From Candidatus Marinacidobacterium sp. (GTDB lineage Bacteria; Acidobacteriota; Vicinamibacteria; Marinacidobacterales; Marinacidobacteraceae), in NCBI GenBank assembly GCA_965220965.1, contig OZ244852.1:352001-416000 (forward strand): a DNA stretch of 64,000 nucleotides, read 5' to 3'. Made by a program: the position numbers and the translations under genes. Positions 1 through 9,256 of the stretch are shown in pieces. Positions within the stretch are counted from its first letter, which is position 1; each line of letters opens with the position of its first letter. The notes under the pieces are model-generated. The model saw only the letters and a list, made by a program, of their open reading frames with translations, was not told the DNA's origin and ran no database searches.

Positions 1-1799
1 GTCCCGCCGAGCAGTTCCGCCAGGTGGCGGGCGATGGCGAGGCCGAGGCCGGTCCCCCCGACGGCCCGCGAGCGCGCCGCGTCGACCCGGTAGAAGCGCT
101 CGAAGATCCGGCGCCGATGGCGTTTCGGGATGCCGACGCCGTTGTCCTTCACGGTCAGCCTGATCGAGTCGGCGGCCCGCTCGGTGGTGATCTCCACGCG
201 ACCGTCGTCGTCCGAGTACTGGATCGCGTTGTCCACCAGATTCTGGAGGATCTCCACGACGAGGCTGGGATCGGTGACGACGCGCAGGTCTTCCTTCGGC
301 GGCTCGACCACCAGGGCGCGCCGCCCGGACTTCATCCGCGCCGACTCCACGACCGACTCGGCGAGGCGCTGAAGGTTGGAGGGAGAACGATCCGGCTCCA
401 GTCTCCCGGCCTCGATGCGGGCCAGCCGCAGAAGGTCGTCGGTGAGCCGGGCCAGCCGGATTGCGTGTTCGCGAATGATCTCGAGGAAGCGCTTGCGCTC
501 TGGCGATTGCTCGAGTTCGGTGTCGAGCAGCGTCTCCGAGAACCCCCGGATCGCGGTGAGCGGGGTCTTGAGTTCATGGGAGAGGTTGGCGACGAAGTCG
601 CGGCGGACCCGTTCCAGCGCTCGCAGCCGGGTCACGTCCATGAGCACCAGGACCGCGCCCGCCGGGCCGGCGTCCGGGTCCGGACCCGGGATGACCGGGT
701 CGCCGGGAATGACCGACTCGCGGGAGCGCACCGGCGCCGCCCGGGCGAGGACATCCCGTCCGGCGACCGGAATCTCGCGTTCGCGCGACTTTCCCCGCAT
801 CGCCGCCTTGACCATCTTGAGGAGTCGTTTCCCCTCGAGCACCCGGCCGGCGTCCCGCCCGCGGTACTCCTGCCAGGAGTCTCCCGGAAGCGACAGAAGC
901 TCGCGAAACGCCCGGTTCAGGTACTGGATCCGGAGATCGCCGTCGAGGACGGCCACGCCCTCGACCATGCTCGAGAGGATCGTCGCCCCCTGGTTCTTTT
1001 CCGCAGTCAGGGATTCGAAGGAGGTCTTGAGGGCGAGCGCGGTGCGGTTCAGCGAGGCGAACAGGGCGCCCAGCTCGTCCTCCCGGGGCATCGAGGACTC
1101 GGGTCGGAAGTCGCCCTGGGCGACGCGTTCCGAGAAGCGCACGAGCTGTTCGACCCGATCTCCGAACCGCCTCGCGTACCACCAGGCGAGCGCGGTCGCC
1201 GCGAGGGCCGCCAGCAGCGTCATCACGATCACCGGCGCGAGGATGGCCCGGAACGTGTCCTCGATCCGGACCACCGGTTCGGCCAGGCGGAGCACGGTGT
1301 CGGCATCCCAGGGCAGGCGCACCGCGACGTAGCTGAGGTCCTCGCCGCGCGTCTCCGAGAAGCGCTGCGAGCGGCCATAGCCCGACGCGAAGGCGTCCCG
1401 GATCTCCGGGCGGCCGGCGTGGTTGTCCATCGTCGCCGGGTCTTCGTGGGAGTCGGCGAGAACCGCGCCTTCGCGCGCCACCAGCGTCACCCGTCGCTCG
1501 GTGGGCGTCGGAGTCCGGCGTTCGGTTTGCGCCTCGAACGCGGCGAGCCGGAGCGCCCAGCGGGCAAGGGATTCCTCGCCGGGACGCGTGGGCCGGGTGG
1601 CGAGCCCGACCTCCGCAATGGAATCGAGGTGCTCGAAGGTCGCCTCCACCGCGTTCTGGCGCACGACGCGGGCGGTCGTCAGCAGGACCGCCAGCAGGGA
1701 GGCCGCCGCGACCAGAAGGCTGATCGCCGCGATCCGGAGGGTGAGCCGGGACGGCCGTCGCGAGCGTCCCCGGCGCCCGGGGCGGCGCGACCTGGTCAA
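1..1799 (-). CDS. phoR: PhoR-like sensor histidine kinase (3' end runs off the window)
   Basis: Not in the ORF track because it is incomplete. Manual minus-strand translation gives an N-terminal TM segment and the H-box RRDFVANLSHELKTPLTAIRGFSETL (about 530-610). A TTG start at 1799 overlaps the phoB stop (TTGA). Confidence 0.85.
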   Translation of the reverse strand, partial: MTRSRRPGRRGRSRRPSRLTLRIAAISLLVAAASLLAVLLTTARVVRQNAVEATFEHLDSIAEVGLATRPTRPGEESLARWALRLAAFEAQTERRTPTPTERRVTLVAREGAVLADSHEDPATMDNHAGRPEIRDAFASGYGRSQRFSETRGEDLSYVAVRLPWDADTVLRLAEPVVRIEDTFRAILAPVIVMTLLAALAATALAWWYARRFGDRVEQLVRFSERVAQGDFRPESSMPREDELGALFASLNRTALALKTSFESLTAEKNQGATILSSMVEGVAVLDGDLRIQYLNRAFRELLSLPGDSWQEYRGRDAGRVLEGKRLLKMVKAAMRGKSREREIPVAGRDVLARAAPVRSRESVIPGDPVIPGPDPDAGPAGAVLVLMDVTRLRALERVRRDFVANLSHELKTPLTAIRGFSETLLDTELEQSPERKRFLEIIREHAIRLARLTDDLLRLARIEAGRLEPDRSPSNLQRLAESVVESARMKSGRRALVVEPPKEDLRVVTDPSLVVEILQNLVDNAIQYSDDDGRVEITTERAADSIRLTVKDNGVGIPKRHRRRIFERFYRVDAARSRAVGGTGLGLAIARHLAELLGG

Positions 1800-2500
1800 G
1801 CCGGGGGCTCGAAGCGGTAGCCCGCTCCCCGCACCGTCCGCAGCAGCGAAGGCCTCCCGGGCGAATCCACTTTCTGCCTGAGCCGCCGGACGTAGACATC
1901 CACGCTACGGAGGGTGATGTATCGCTCGCGGCCCCAGACCTGATCGAGGATCTGCTCCCGGGAGAACACCCGCTGCGGATGGGAGGCGAGGTAATGGAGC
2001 AGTTTGAACTCCAGGTGCGTGACCGGGAGGTCTTCCCCTCCGCGCTGCACCCGGTGGGACGCCGGATCGATCCTGAGATCTCCGACTTCCAGGCTCTCGT
2101 CGCCGGCGTCGGAGGCGGCGCGGGCGGAACGGTTCGCGCGACGCAGGAGCGCGCCCACCCGCGCCGTGAGCTCCCTCGGGCTGAACGGCTTCGTGATGTA
2201 GTCGTCGGCGCCGAGCTCGATGCCCGCGATGACATCGGCCTCCTCGCTCCGCGCCGTCAGCATGATCACGGGGAGATCCATCAGTCCGGGGTCGGACCGG
2301 ATCACCCGGCAGACCTCGAAGCCGCTCATCTCGGGGAGCATCAGGTCCAGGATGAGCAGGTCCGGGCGCTGCTGGCGCAACTCCGCGAGACCCTCGGTTC
2401 CGGTCTGCGCGGCCACCACCTGATACGACTCGCGCTCCAGATTGAACCGGAGGAGTTCGACGATGTCCGGATCGTCCTCGATGGCTAGAATGCGTTTCAC
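1796..2500 (-). CDS. phoB: PhoB/OmpR-family response regulator
   Basis: Receiver domain (IEDD, LDLMLP, ADDYITKPF) plus winged helix (RSVDVYVRRLRQK...TVRGAGYRF). Directly upstream of a PhoR-type kinase. Confidence 0.85.
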   Translation of the reverse strand: MKRILAIEDDPDIVELLRFNLERESYQVVAAQTGTEGLAELRQQRPDLLILDLMLPEMSGFEVCRVIRSDPGLMDLPVIMLTARSEEADVIAGIELGADDYITKPFSPRELTARVGALLRRANRSARAASDAGDESLEVGDLRIDPASHRVQRGGEDLPVTHLEFKLLHYLASHPQRVFSREQILDQVWGRERYITLRSVDVYVRRLRQKVDSPGRPSLLRTVRGAGYRFEPPA

Positions 2501-2628
2501 GGCCGTTGGAGGGTCGGAACCCGGGCCACTCTAGCAGTCTGTCCCGCCGGAGCGCCGAAGGGCGTGGCCGGACGTGGAAGGCCTTCCCCGGCGGCGCTGC
2601 GGTTAAGTCGCCCTCCGGGCCGTCGCGC

Positions 2629-3510
2629 GTGACCACGAGACCGGGAACCCCGCCGGACCGGGTGGAGCGGCCGCGGATCGCGTTCCAGGGACTCCCGGGT
2701 TCGTTCTCCGACATGGCCTGCCGCCGGGCCGCTCCCGACCATGCCCCCCTCGCGTGTCGGACATTCGAGGATGCGTTCCGGGCCGTTTCGCTCGGCCGCG
2801 CCGACCGCGCGCTCATTCCGGTGGACAACTCCCGCGCGGGCCGCGTGGCCGATGTCCATCATCTCCTGCCGGACTCGAGCCTCCGGATCGTCGGGGAGGC
2901 CTTCCTGCGGGTGCGCTGCCAGTTGCTGGGCGCGCCGGGCGCCCGGCTCTCCGACGTGGTCACTGTCCACAGCCACGTCCACGCGCTCGCCCAGTGCCGG
3001 GACTGGATCCGGCGACGGGGGCTCGAAGCGGTGGTCGAAACGGACACCGCGGGCGCCGCGGCGGAGGTCGCGCGCCGGGGTGAGCCGGCCCGCGCGGCGA
3101 TCGCTTCGGGACTCGCCGCGTCGCTCTACGGGCTCGAGGTCCTCGCTTCCGACATCGAGGACGCCTCCCACAACACGACCCGCTTTCTGATCATGGCGGC
3201 GCAGGACGCGCCGTCGGATCGCGAGGGTCCCTCGCTCACCACGATCGTCTTCGAAGTCAGGAACCTCCCCGCGGCCCTCTACAAGGCGCTCGGAGGTTTC
3301 GCCACCAACGGGGTCAACCTGCTCAAGCTCGAGAGCGCCATGGTGGGTGGCTCCTTCACCTCGACCCGGTTCTACTGTGACTTCGAGGGTCACCCCGAGG
3401 ACCTCCCGGTGCGGCGCGCCCTCGAGGAGCTGCGGGTCTTCTGCCGCGAGTTCCGGATTCTGGGGACGTATCCGGCGGACCCCGGCCGCCCCGCCGTCGG
3501 CGACGGCTGA
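2629..3510 (+). CDS. pheA: Prephenate dehydratase
   Basis: IAFQGLPGS, HSHVHALAQC, NTTRF motif and ACT domain (NLLKLES). Start uncertain: GTG 2629 chosen, ORF open from 2506. Confidence 0.9.
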   Translation: MTTRPGTPPDRVERPRIAFQGLPGSFSDMACRRAAPDHAPLACRTFEDAFRAVSLGRADRALIPVDNSRAGRVADVHHLLPDSSLRIVGEAFLRVRCQLLGAPGARLSDVVTVHSHVHALAQCRDWIRRRGLEAVVETDTAGAAAEVARRGEPARAAIASGLAASLYGLEVLASDIEDASHNTTRFLIMAAQDAPSDREGPSLTTIVFEVRNLPAALYKALGGFATNGVNLLKLESAMVGGSFTSTRFYCDFEGHPEDLPVRRALEELRVFCREFRILGTYPADPGRPAVGDG

Positions 3511-3542
3511 GGGCCTGCGGGCGGGCGACGCGCCCCGGACCG

Positions 3543-3641
3543 ATGTCACGTTCCCGTCACATCGCGTCGCCGGTTGCTCACAGGTTCCTCGGTGACATTT
3601 CTTGCCGGGTTCAACGCCCGTCAACGGCGCGACCCCACAAT
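3543..3641 (+). promoter_or_regulatory. Putative PHO boxes and -10 element upstream of the TonB-dependent receptor
   Basis: TGTCAC (3544) and CGTCAC (3555) at 11-bp spacing, weaker units at 3565 and 3576, inverted GTGACA at 3592, CACAAT at 3636, ATG at 3650. phoBR is adjacent. Confidence 0.55.
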
Positions 3642-3649
3642 GCCGTCCG

Positions 3650-6460
3650 ATGTTCGATGCCGAAATCCGCTCACAGGCGGCCGCTCCGGTCTTCTTCGGG
3701 TTTGCTGGCGGCGCCCGCCTGCGCCTCCTCCTTCCCGCGATCCTTCTGGCTCTGACGGCGGTCCCGACCGGGGCCCTCGCGGGCGGTCAGGAACCCACCG
3801 GCCAGGTCGCCGGCGTCGTCCGGGACGGGTTCAACGCGATGGGGCTCCCCGCGGCGCCGATCACCGTCGTCTCCACCGGCCGCACGTTCTACTCGGAACT
3901 GGATGGCCAGTTCGTGCTGGAAGCCCCCGCGGGAACCCACGCCATCCGCGTCAGCTTCTCCGGCTACCAGGAGGTCGAGATCACCGTCGAGGTGGAGGCG
4001 GGAGCCACCACCCGGCTGGATGTGGCGCTGACGATGGAGCGTTTCGCCGAGGAAGTCGTGGTGAGCGCCGAGATCGAGGAACCCGAGCTGTTCACCGAAG
4101 AGGCGCAGTTGGTCGAGCGCCAGAAGGCCGCCACCATCACCGACAACCTCGCGTCCGACGAGATGAAGCGGAACGCGGACTCGACCGCGGCTTCGGCGAT
4201 CAGCCGGGTGGCCGGCCTGACCGTCGTCGACAACCAGTACGTCTTCGTCCGCGGGCTCGGCGAGCGGTACTCCAACACGACCCTGAACGGCGCGGTGCTT
4301 CCGACGACGGAACCTGACAAGCGGGTCGTTCCGCTGGACCTGTTCCCCACCGGGCTCATCCAGAGCGTTTCGGTGGTCAAGTCCTACCTGCCCGACAAGC
4401 CGGCCGACTTCTCGGGAGGGCTGGTCGAGATCGACCCGCTGTCCTTCCCGAACGAGCCGGTCCTCAATTTCTCGATGTCGCAGGGCTACAACACCCGGAC
4501 TACCTTTGACGAGGGGCTCACCTACTCCGGGGGCGGCCGCGACTGGCTGGGCTTCGACGATGGGACCCGCGGACTGCCTTCGGCGATCCCCGACTCCCGG
4601 GTGGTGCGCACCAGCATCTTCACCGAGGCCGGGTACACGCCGGGCGAGCTCGAATCGATGGGCGAGGCGTTCCGCAACGTCTGGACTCCCGAGACCGGAC
4701 GCGTCGGGCAGAGCCAGTCGTACAGCCTCGTCGCCGGGAACAGTTGGGACCGCCTCGGCGCCATCTTCAGCGCGACGTGGTCGCAGGATCACCAGAACCA
4801 GTCCGAGGACCGGACCTTCTTCGCGGTCTCCGGTGGAGACCTCGAGGTCCAGAACGACTACGACTTCGACATCACGACCTCGAAGACCTCGACCGGCCTC
4901 GTCGGGAACCTCGCCTACAGGCTTTCCGGGAACCACCGGCTGGCGCTCGAGAACTTCTATACGCACAACTCGAAGAACGAGGCGCGCGTTTTCGAGGGCT
5001 ACAACAACGACGTGGGCGAGAACATCCGGAACACCCGGCTCTTCTGGGTGGAGGAGAGCATCTTCTCCTCCCGTCTGTCCGGAGAGCACCTGTTCGCCTC
5101 GCTGGGGTCCTCCCGGGTGGACTGGCATGCGAACCTGTCGCAGGCGACGCGGGACGAGCCCGACCTCCGCGAAACGCTCTACGAGTTCAGCCCCTCCATC
5201 GGGTCCTTCGTGCTGGCGGACGAGTCGCAGAGCGGCTTCCGGATGTTCAACGACCTCGCCGACCAGGTTCTGGAATTCGGCTTCGACTGGACCAGTTACT
5301 TCACCCAGTGGGACGGCCTTCCCGCCAGGCTCCAGGTGGGTCCGAAGCTCACCCTGCGGGAACGCGACTTCAGTTCGCGCCGGTTCCGGCTCACCCCCCG
5401 CGGCGCCGGATTCGTGGATCTGACGCTCCCGCCCGAGCAGATCTTCACCCCCGACAACATCGGATCGCGCTACGAGCTTCGCGAGGAGACGCGGCCCACA
5501 GACTCCTACGCCGCCGAACAGGAGGTCACCGCCCTCTACGGGATGGTCGACCTTCCGGTCTCCCGCAACCTGCGGGTGATCGGGGGGGCGCGGGTGGAGC
5601 GTTCGAGCCAGCAGGTGGACACCTTCGACCCGTTCTCCGCCGCGGCGGAGGTCGTGACGGCGAAGCTGGAGGACACCGATGTCCTGCCCGGCGTCAACGC
5701 CGTCTACGCCCTCTCGGACCGCACGAACGTGCGGGCCAGCTACAGCCACACGGTGAACCGGCCCGAGTTCCGCGAGCTGGCGCCGTTCGAGTTCACCGAT
5801 GTGGTGGGCGGACGCGCGGTGGTCGGGAACCCGGACCTCGAACGGGCGCTCATCCGCAACGTGGACCTGCGGCTGGAGACCTTCCCGGCGGCGGCCGAGG
5901 TCCTCGCGATCAGCCTGTTCTACAAGGACTTCTCGAACCCGATCGAGCGGATCGTCCAGCCCACCGCCCAGTTGCGGACCTCCTACGCGAACGCCCTGGG
6001 CGCGCAGAACGCCGGAGTCGAGCTGGAAGGCCGACGCGAGTTCGGGCGCCTCGACGCCTCGGCGAACTACACCTTCGTCCGCTCCCGCATCGAGCTCGAA
6101 GCGACCGCCGGGCAGGTTCAGACGAGCCTCGACCGTCCGCTCGCCGGTCAGTCCGCGCATGTCGTGAACCTGAGCGCGGATCTGGACCTTCCCGAGGTCG
6201 GCGGGAACCTGCGGGTCCTCTACAACTATTTCGACGACCGCATCGTGGATGTCGGCTCCCTCGGCATGCCGGACATCTACGAGGAGGGCCGCGGCGTTCT
6301 GGATGTGGTCTTCCAGAAGCGTTTCGCGCGGTGGAGCCTGCGCGCCGCTTTCGACAACCTGCTCGATTCGGAATACCGGTTCACCCAGGGCGGCGAACTG
6401 CAACGGGTGTTCCGCCTGGGGCGGTCCTTCTCGCTCGGCTTCTCCTACGCGATCCGTTGA
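3650..6460 (+). CDS. TonB-dependent outer-membrane receptor with N-terminal carboxypeptidase-regulatory-like domain
   Basis: Signal peptide, plug motif VFVRGLGERYSNTTLNG..VPLDLFP, NRPEFRELAPF, GNPDL, and C-terminal beta-strand SLGFSY. Confidence 0.9.
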   Translation: MFDAEIRSQAAAPVFFGFAGGARLRLLLPAILLALTAVPTGALAGGQEPTGQVAGVVRDGFNAMGLPAAPITVVSTGRTFYSELDGQFVLEAPAGTHAIRVSFSGYQEVEITVEVEAGATTRLDVALTMERFAEEVVVSAEIEEPELFTEEAQLVERQKAATITDNLASDEMKRNADSTAASAISRVAGLTVVDNQYVFVRGLGERYSNTTLNGAVLPTTEPDKRVVPLDLFPTGLIQSVSVVKSYLPDKPADFSGGLVEIDPLSFPNEPVLNFSMSQGYNTRTTFDEGLTYSGGGRDWLGFDDGTRGLPSAIPDSRVVRTSIFTEAGYTPGELESMGEAFRNVWTPETGRVGQSQSYSLVAGNSWDRLGAIFSATWSQDHQNQSEDRTFFAVSGGDLEVQNDYDFDITTSKTSTGLVGNLAYRLSGNHRLALENFYTHNSKNEARVFEGYNNDVGENIRNTRLFWVEESIFSSRLSGEHLFASLGSSRVDWHANLSQATRDEPDLRETLYEFSPSIGSFVLADESQSGFRMFNDLADQVLEFGFDWTSYFTQWDGLPARLQVGPKLTLRERDFSSRRFRLTPRGAGFVDLTLPPEQIFTPDNIGSRYELREETRPTDSYAAEQEVTALYGMVDLPVSRNLRVIGGARVERSSQQVDTFDPFSAAAEVVTAKLEDTDVLPGVNAVYALSDRTNVRASYSHTVNRPEFRELAPFEFTDVVGGRAVVGNPDLERALIRNVDLRLETFPAAAEVLAISLFYKDFSNPIERIVQPTAQLRTSYANALGAQNAGVELEGRREFGRLDASANYTFVRSRIELEATAGQVQTSLDRPLAGQSAHVVNLSADLDLPEVGGNLRVLYNYFDDRIVDVGSLGMPDIYEEGRGVLDVVFQKRFARWSLRAAFDNLLDSEYRFTQGGELQRVFRLGRSFSLGFSYAIR

Positions 6461-6516
6461 CCCGTTTCTCCGGCTGATCTTCCGATCCCCCTCAGCGCAC
6501 TTCGGGGAGGCTCTCC

Positions 6517-7854
6517 ATGCGCCTGACTCTCGCCTCTTCCGCCGCGCTGCTCGCGGGGTCTCTCCTCGTCGGCGCCGGCTGCGGCGACGATTCCGGCGCC
6601 ACGCCGGCGCCGGCGCCAACCCCGGCGCCCGGGCCGGATGATCCGGCCGGTCCGGTCGTCGTCCGCGGCTCCATCGCGGAGGACACGACCTGGTCCGCCG
6701 ACGCCCCCATCGTCCTGTCCGGCGCGGTCTTCGTGGAGAGCGGCGCGACCCTCACGATCGAGGCCGGCGCCCGGATCTACGGCGAGAGCGCCACGACCGG
6801 CGCGCTGATCGTCTCCCGCGGCGGCATGCTCGTCGCCGAAGGAACCGCCGACGCGCCCATTGTGATGACCAGCGATCAGCGGGAGGGCGAGCGCAGCCGC
6901 GGCGACTGGGGCGGTCTGATCATCAACGGCGCCGCGCCGCTGAACATTCCCGGCGGCGTCAGCGAAGGAGAAGGCGACACCGGCGAATACGGCGGGGACA
7001 ACCCGGCCGACAACAGCGGCGTTCTGCGCTACGTCCGGGTCGAGTTCGCCGGCGCCGAGTTCAGTCCCGACAACGAGCTGAACGGGATCGCTCTCCAGGG
7101 CGTCGGGAACGGCACCGAGGTGGACTTCATCCAGGTGCACCTCAGCAAGGACGACGGCGTCGAGTTCTTCGGTGGAACCGTCGACGCGAAGCATGTGCTC
7201 TGCACCGGGATCGCTGATGACAGCTTCGACTGGACCGACGGCTGGACCGGACGGGGCCAGTTCTGGATCGCCCAGCAGCGCGGCGATGACGCCGACCAGG
7301 GCATCGAGGCGGACAACAACGGCGAGAACAACGACCTCACGCCGCGCTCCGACCCGACGCTCTACAACATCACGCTCATCGGGGACCCGGACACCAACGA
7401 GGGCGATGAGAGCGACATCGGGATCCTGCTGCGCGAGGGCACGGCCGCCGAGATCGGGAACGCCATCGTGATCGGCTTCAAGGAGACCGGCCTCGACATC
7501 GACAACGCGGCCACCTACGCCAACGCCCGGAGCGGCGCGCTCGTCGTGAGGAACTCGATCTTCCACAACAACCTCGAGGCGGCGTTCGACGACGACTCGG
7601 GGGAGAACCCGGCGCCGGCGTTCTCGACGCGCGACTTCGCCGCCGCGTCCGAGGGCCTGCTCACCGTGGACCCGGACCTGCGGGATCCCTACAACCACGA
7701 GGACCTGGACTGCCGGCCGGGCGCCGGGTCCGTGGCCTTCACGGACTATGCGATGCCGCCGAACGACGGCTTTTTCGAGCCGGCGCCCTACATCGGGGCC
7801 TGCAGCGGCGACGACCCGTGGCATCGGGGCTGGACGACGTTCGCCCCGAACTGA
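6517..7854 (+). CDS. Acidic lipoprotein with repetitive beta-helix-like fold, of the family usually paired with TonB receptors
   Basis: Lipobox-like VGAGC, PA/TP linker, and motifs GDWGGL, NSGVLRYVRVEFAG, ELNGI, DDGVEFFGGTV, DDSFDW, GIEADN. RBS GGAGG. Confidence 0.8.
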   Translation: MRLTLASSAALLAGSLLVGAGCGDDSGATPAPAPTPAPGPDDPAGPVVVRGSIAEDTTWSADAPIVLSGAVFVESGATLTIEAGARIYGESATTGALIVSRGGMLVAEGTADAPIVMTSDQREGERSRGDWGGLIINGAAPLNIPGGVSEGEGDTGEYGGDNPADNSGVLRYVRVEFAGAEFSPDNELNGIALQGVGNGTEVDFIQVHLSKDDGVEFFGGTVDAKHVLCTGIADDSFDWTDGWTGRGQFWIAQQRGDDADQGIEADNNGENNDLTPRSDPTLYNITLIGDPDTNEGDESDIGILLREGTAAEIGNAIVIGFKETGLDIDNAATYANARSGALVVRNSIFHNNLEAAFDDDSGENPAPAFSTRDFAAASEGLLTVDPDLRDPYNHEDLDCRPGAGSVAFTDYAMPPNDGFFEPAPYIGACSGDDPWHRGWTTFAPN

Positions 7855-7916
7855 CCTTCCGGGCCGTAGGGCGAAGTCGGTCCGGGGGGTCTCCGGGGCG
7901 TCCCGGCGGACCGCGC

Positions 7917-8516
7917 GTGGGGCGCTGGTCCCGTCTCGTGCGGCTGGCGCTGGCGGGGGCGTTTCTCAGCCTCGCCGCCGGTCCCGGGAGCGGTTGCGGC
8001 GCATCCGGCGCCGTCGACTCACCCCCGCCGGCTGACCCGGAAGCGCCGGCCGGCGCAGGGGAGATGGTCCCCTCCGCAGCCGTGGAGCGGTTGAAGCGGC
8101 TCTTGCCCTCGCCGGAAGCGGCGGCAAGCGAGGTCCTGGCGCTGGTCCAGGCGGGAGACGCCGGGGCGCTTCGGGATCTGGCGCTATCGGAGCCCGAGTT
8201 CCGGGATGTCGTTTATCCGGCGCTCCCCGCCAGCCGACCCGGGCGGAACACCTCGGCGGAGTTCCTCTGGAGCCTCATGCGCCAGCGCAGCGCGAACTCG
8301 CTGGCGCTCACCGTGGACCGGTACCGCGGGCGCCGTCTGGAACTCGTCGAGGTGGACTTCGCGGGTGAGACGACGGACTACGGGCCCTTCCGCGTGCACC
8401 GCGAAACCGTCCTGACGGTCCGCCAGGAGGACGGAAGCCCGGCGGTGGTGCGCCTCTTCGGCTCGATGATCGAGCAGAAGGGCGGCTTCAAGGTCTTCAG
8501 CTTCGTGATCGACTGA
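7917..8516 (+). CDS. Hypothetical (lipo)protein
   Basis: Hydrophobic N-terminus followed by GSGC and a globular-looking C-terminal part ending FKVFSFVID. Co-oriented with the receptor operon. Start uncertain (ORF open from 7818). Confidence 0.7.
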   Translation: MGRWSRLVRLALAGAFLSLAAGPGSGCGASGAVDSPPPADPEAPAGAGEMVPSAAVERLKRLLPSPEAAASEVLALVQAGDAGALRDLALSEPEFRDVVYPALPASRPGRNTSAEFLWSLMRQRSANSLALTVDRYRGRRLELVEVDFAGETTDYGPFRVHRETVLTVRQEDGSPAVVRLFGSMIEQKGGFKVFSFVID

Positions 8517-8613
8517 TTCGGGGGGCCGCCCCCTCGCGGAGCCCCGGACCTCCCGGCGGCGGGAGCTGGCTGCAGACCGCCGGCCCGCGTTCGCGCCTGC
8601 GTTCGTGACTGTG

Positions 8614-8647
8614 GTGTCCTGAAAATGTCATCGTTTTGTCATATACT
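8614..8647 (+). promoter_or_regulatory. PHO box array plus -10 (TATACT)
   Basis: TGTCCT 8615, TGTCAT 8626 and TGTCAT 8637 at exact 11-bp periodicity. TATACT at 8642 lies 10 bp after the second unit, and ATG is at 8654. AT-rich patch in a GC-rich background. Confidence 0.75.
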
Positions 8648-8653
8648 GGCCGC

Positions 8654-9256
8654 ATGCGACGCAAAGTTCGCAGGCGCGATCTCCGGAGCTTCCTCCGCCC
8701 GGCGTCGAGCCCTTCCGCGGCGCCCATCCTGATCGCGGGGCTGTTGCTGGCGGACGCCGCCGCCCCGGCCTTCGGAGAAGAGCCGGAAACGCTGCCCAGG
8801 AGCATCTACGTGCCGCTCCGGCTCGAGGTGGCTTCGTGTCTTCACGATGTGGTGGTCCTCGCCGAGGACGGCCGGGTCCGGGCCGTCGCCCCCGGCAGGC
8901 TGGTGAGTCAGTTCACCTTCTACTCGTGGGAGGAAGGGGCCATTCCGGCCTGGGAGCGCCTCACGATCCAGGGCTGGATCGCCAACGGCGAAGCGGCGCG
9001 ACGGCCGTTCCGGGCGGGAATCGTGATCACCCCCGCGAGCATCTATGTGGCCGACCGGCGTCTCGACCTCGGGACCCTGGACCAGGTCTCCCGTTTTCGC
9101 AGCCGGACCGATCTGCGGATTCCCGAGCGGACGCTGCGGCTGCTGCCGGAGGGCGCATGCGACCGCGGAGCTCCGTTGGAGATCACGGCCGAAGGCTCTG
9201 TTCCGGAGTCGCCCGTTCCACCGCCAGAGCTTCGTCCTCCAGACGAAGGGCGGTGA
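8654..9256 (+). CDS. Hypothetical exported protein, probably PHO-regulated
   Basis: Arg-rich N-terminus, hydrophobic stretch and AFG/APA cleavage-like site; two Cys. No family recognised. Overlaps the apaH 3' end by 74 nt. Confidence 0.6.
   Translation: MRRKVRRRDLRSFLRPASSPSAAPILIAGLLLADAAAPAFGEEPETLPRSIYVPLRLEVASCLHDVVVLAEDGRVRAVAPGRLVSQFTFYSWEEGAIPAWERLTIQGWIANGEAARRPFRAGIVITPASIYVADRRLDLGTLDQVSRFRSRTDLRIPERTLRLLPEGACDRGAPLEITAEGSVPESPVPPPELRPPDEGR

Noticed and set aside
684-722. Short tandem near-duplication in phoR (VIPGDPVIPG)
   Set aside because: Only two units inside a coding loop; not a repeat array.
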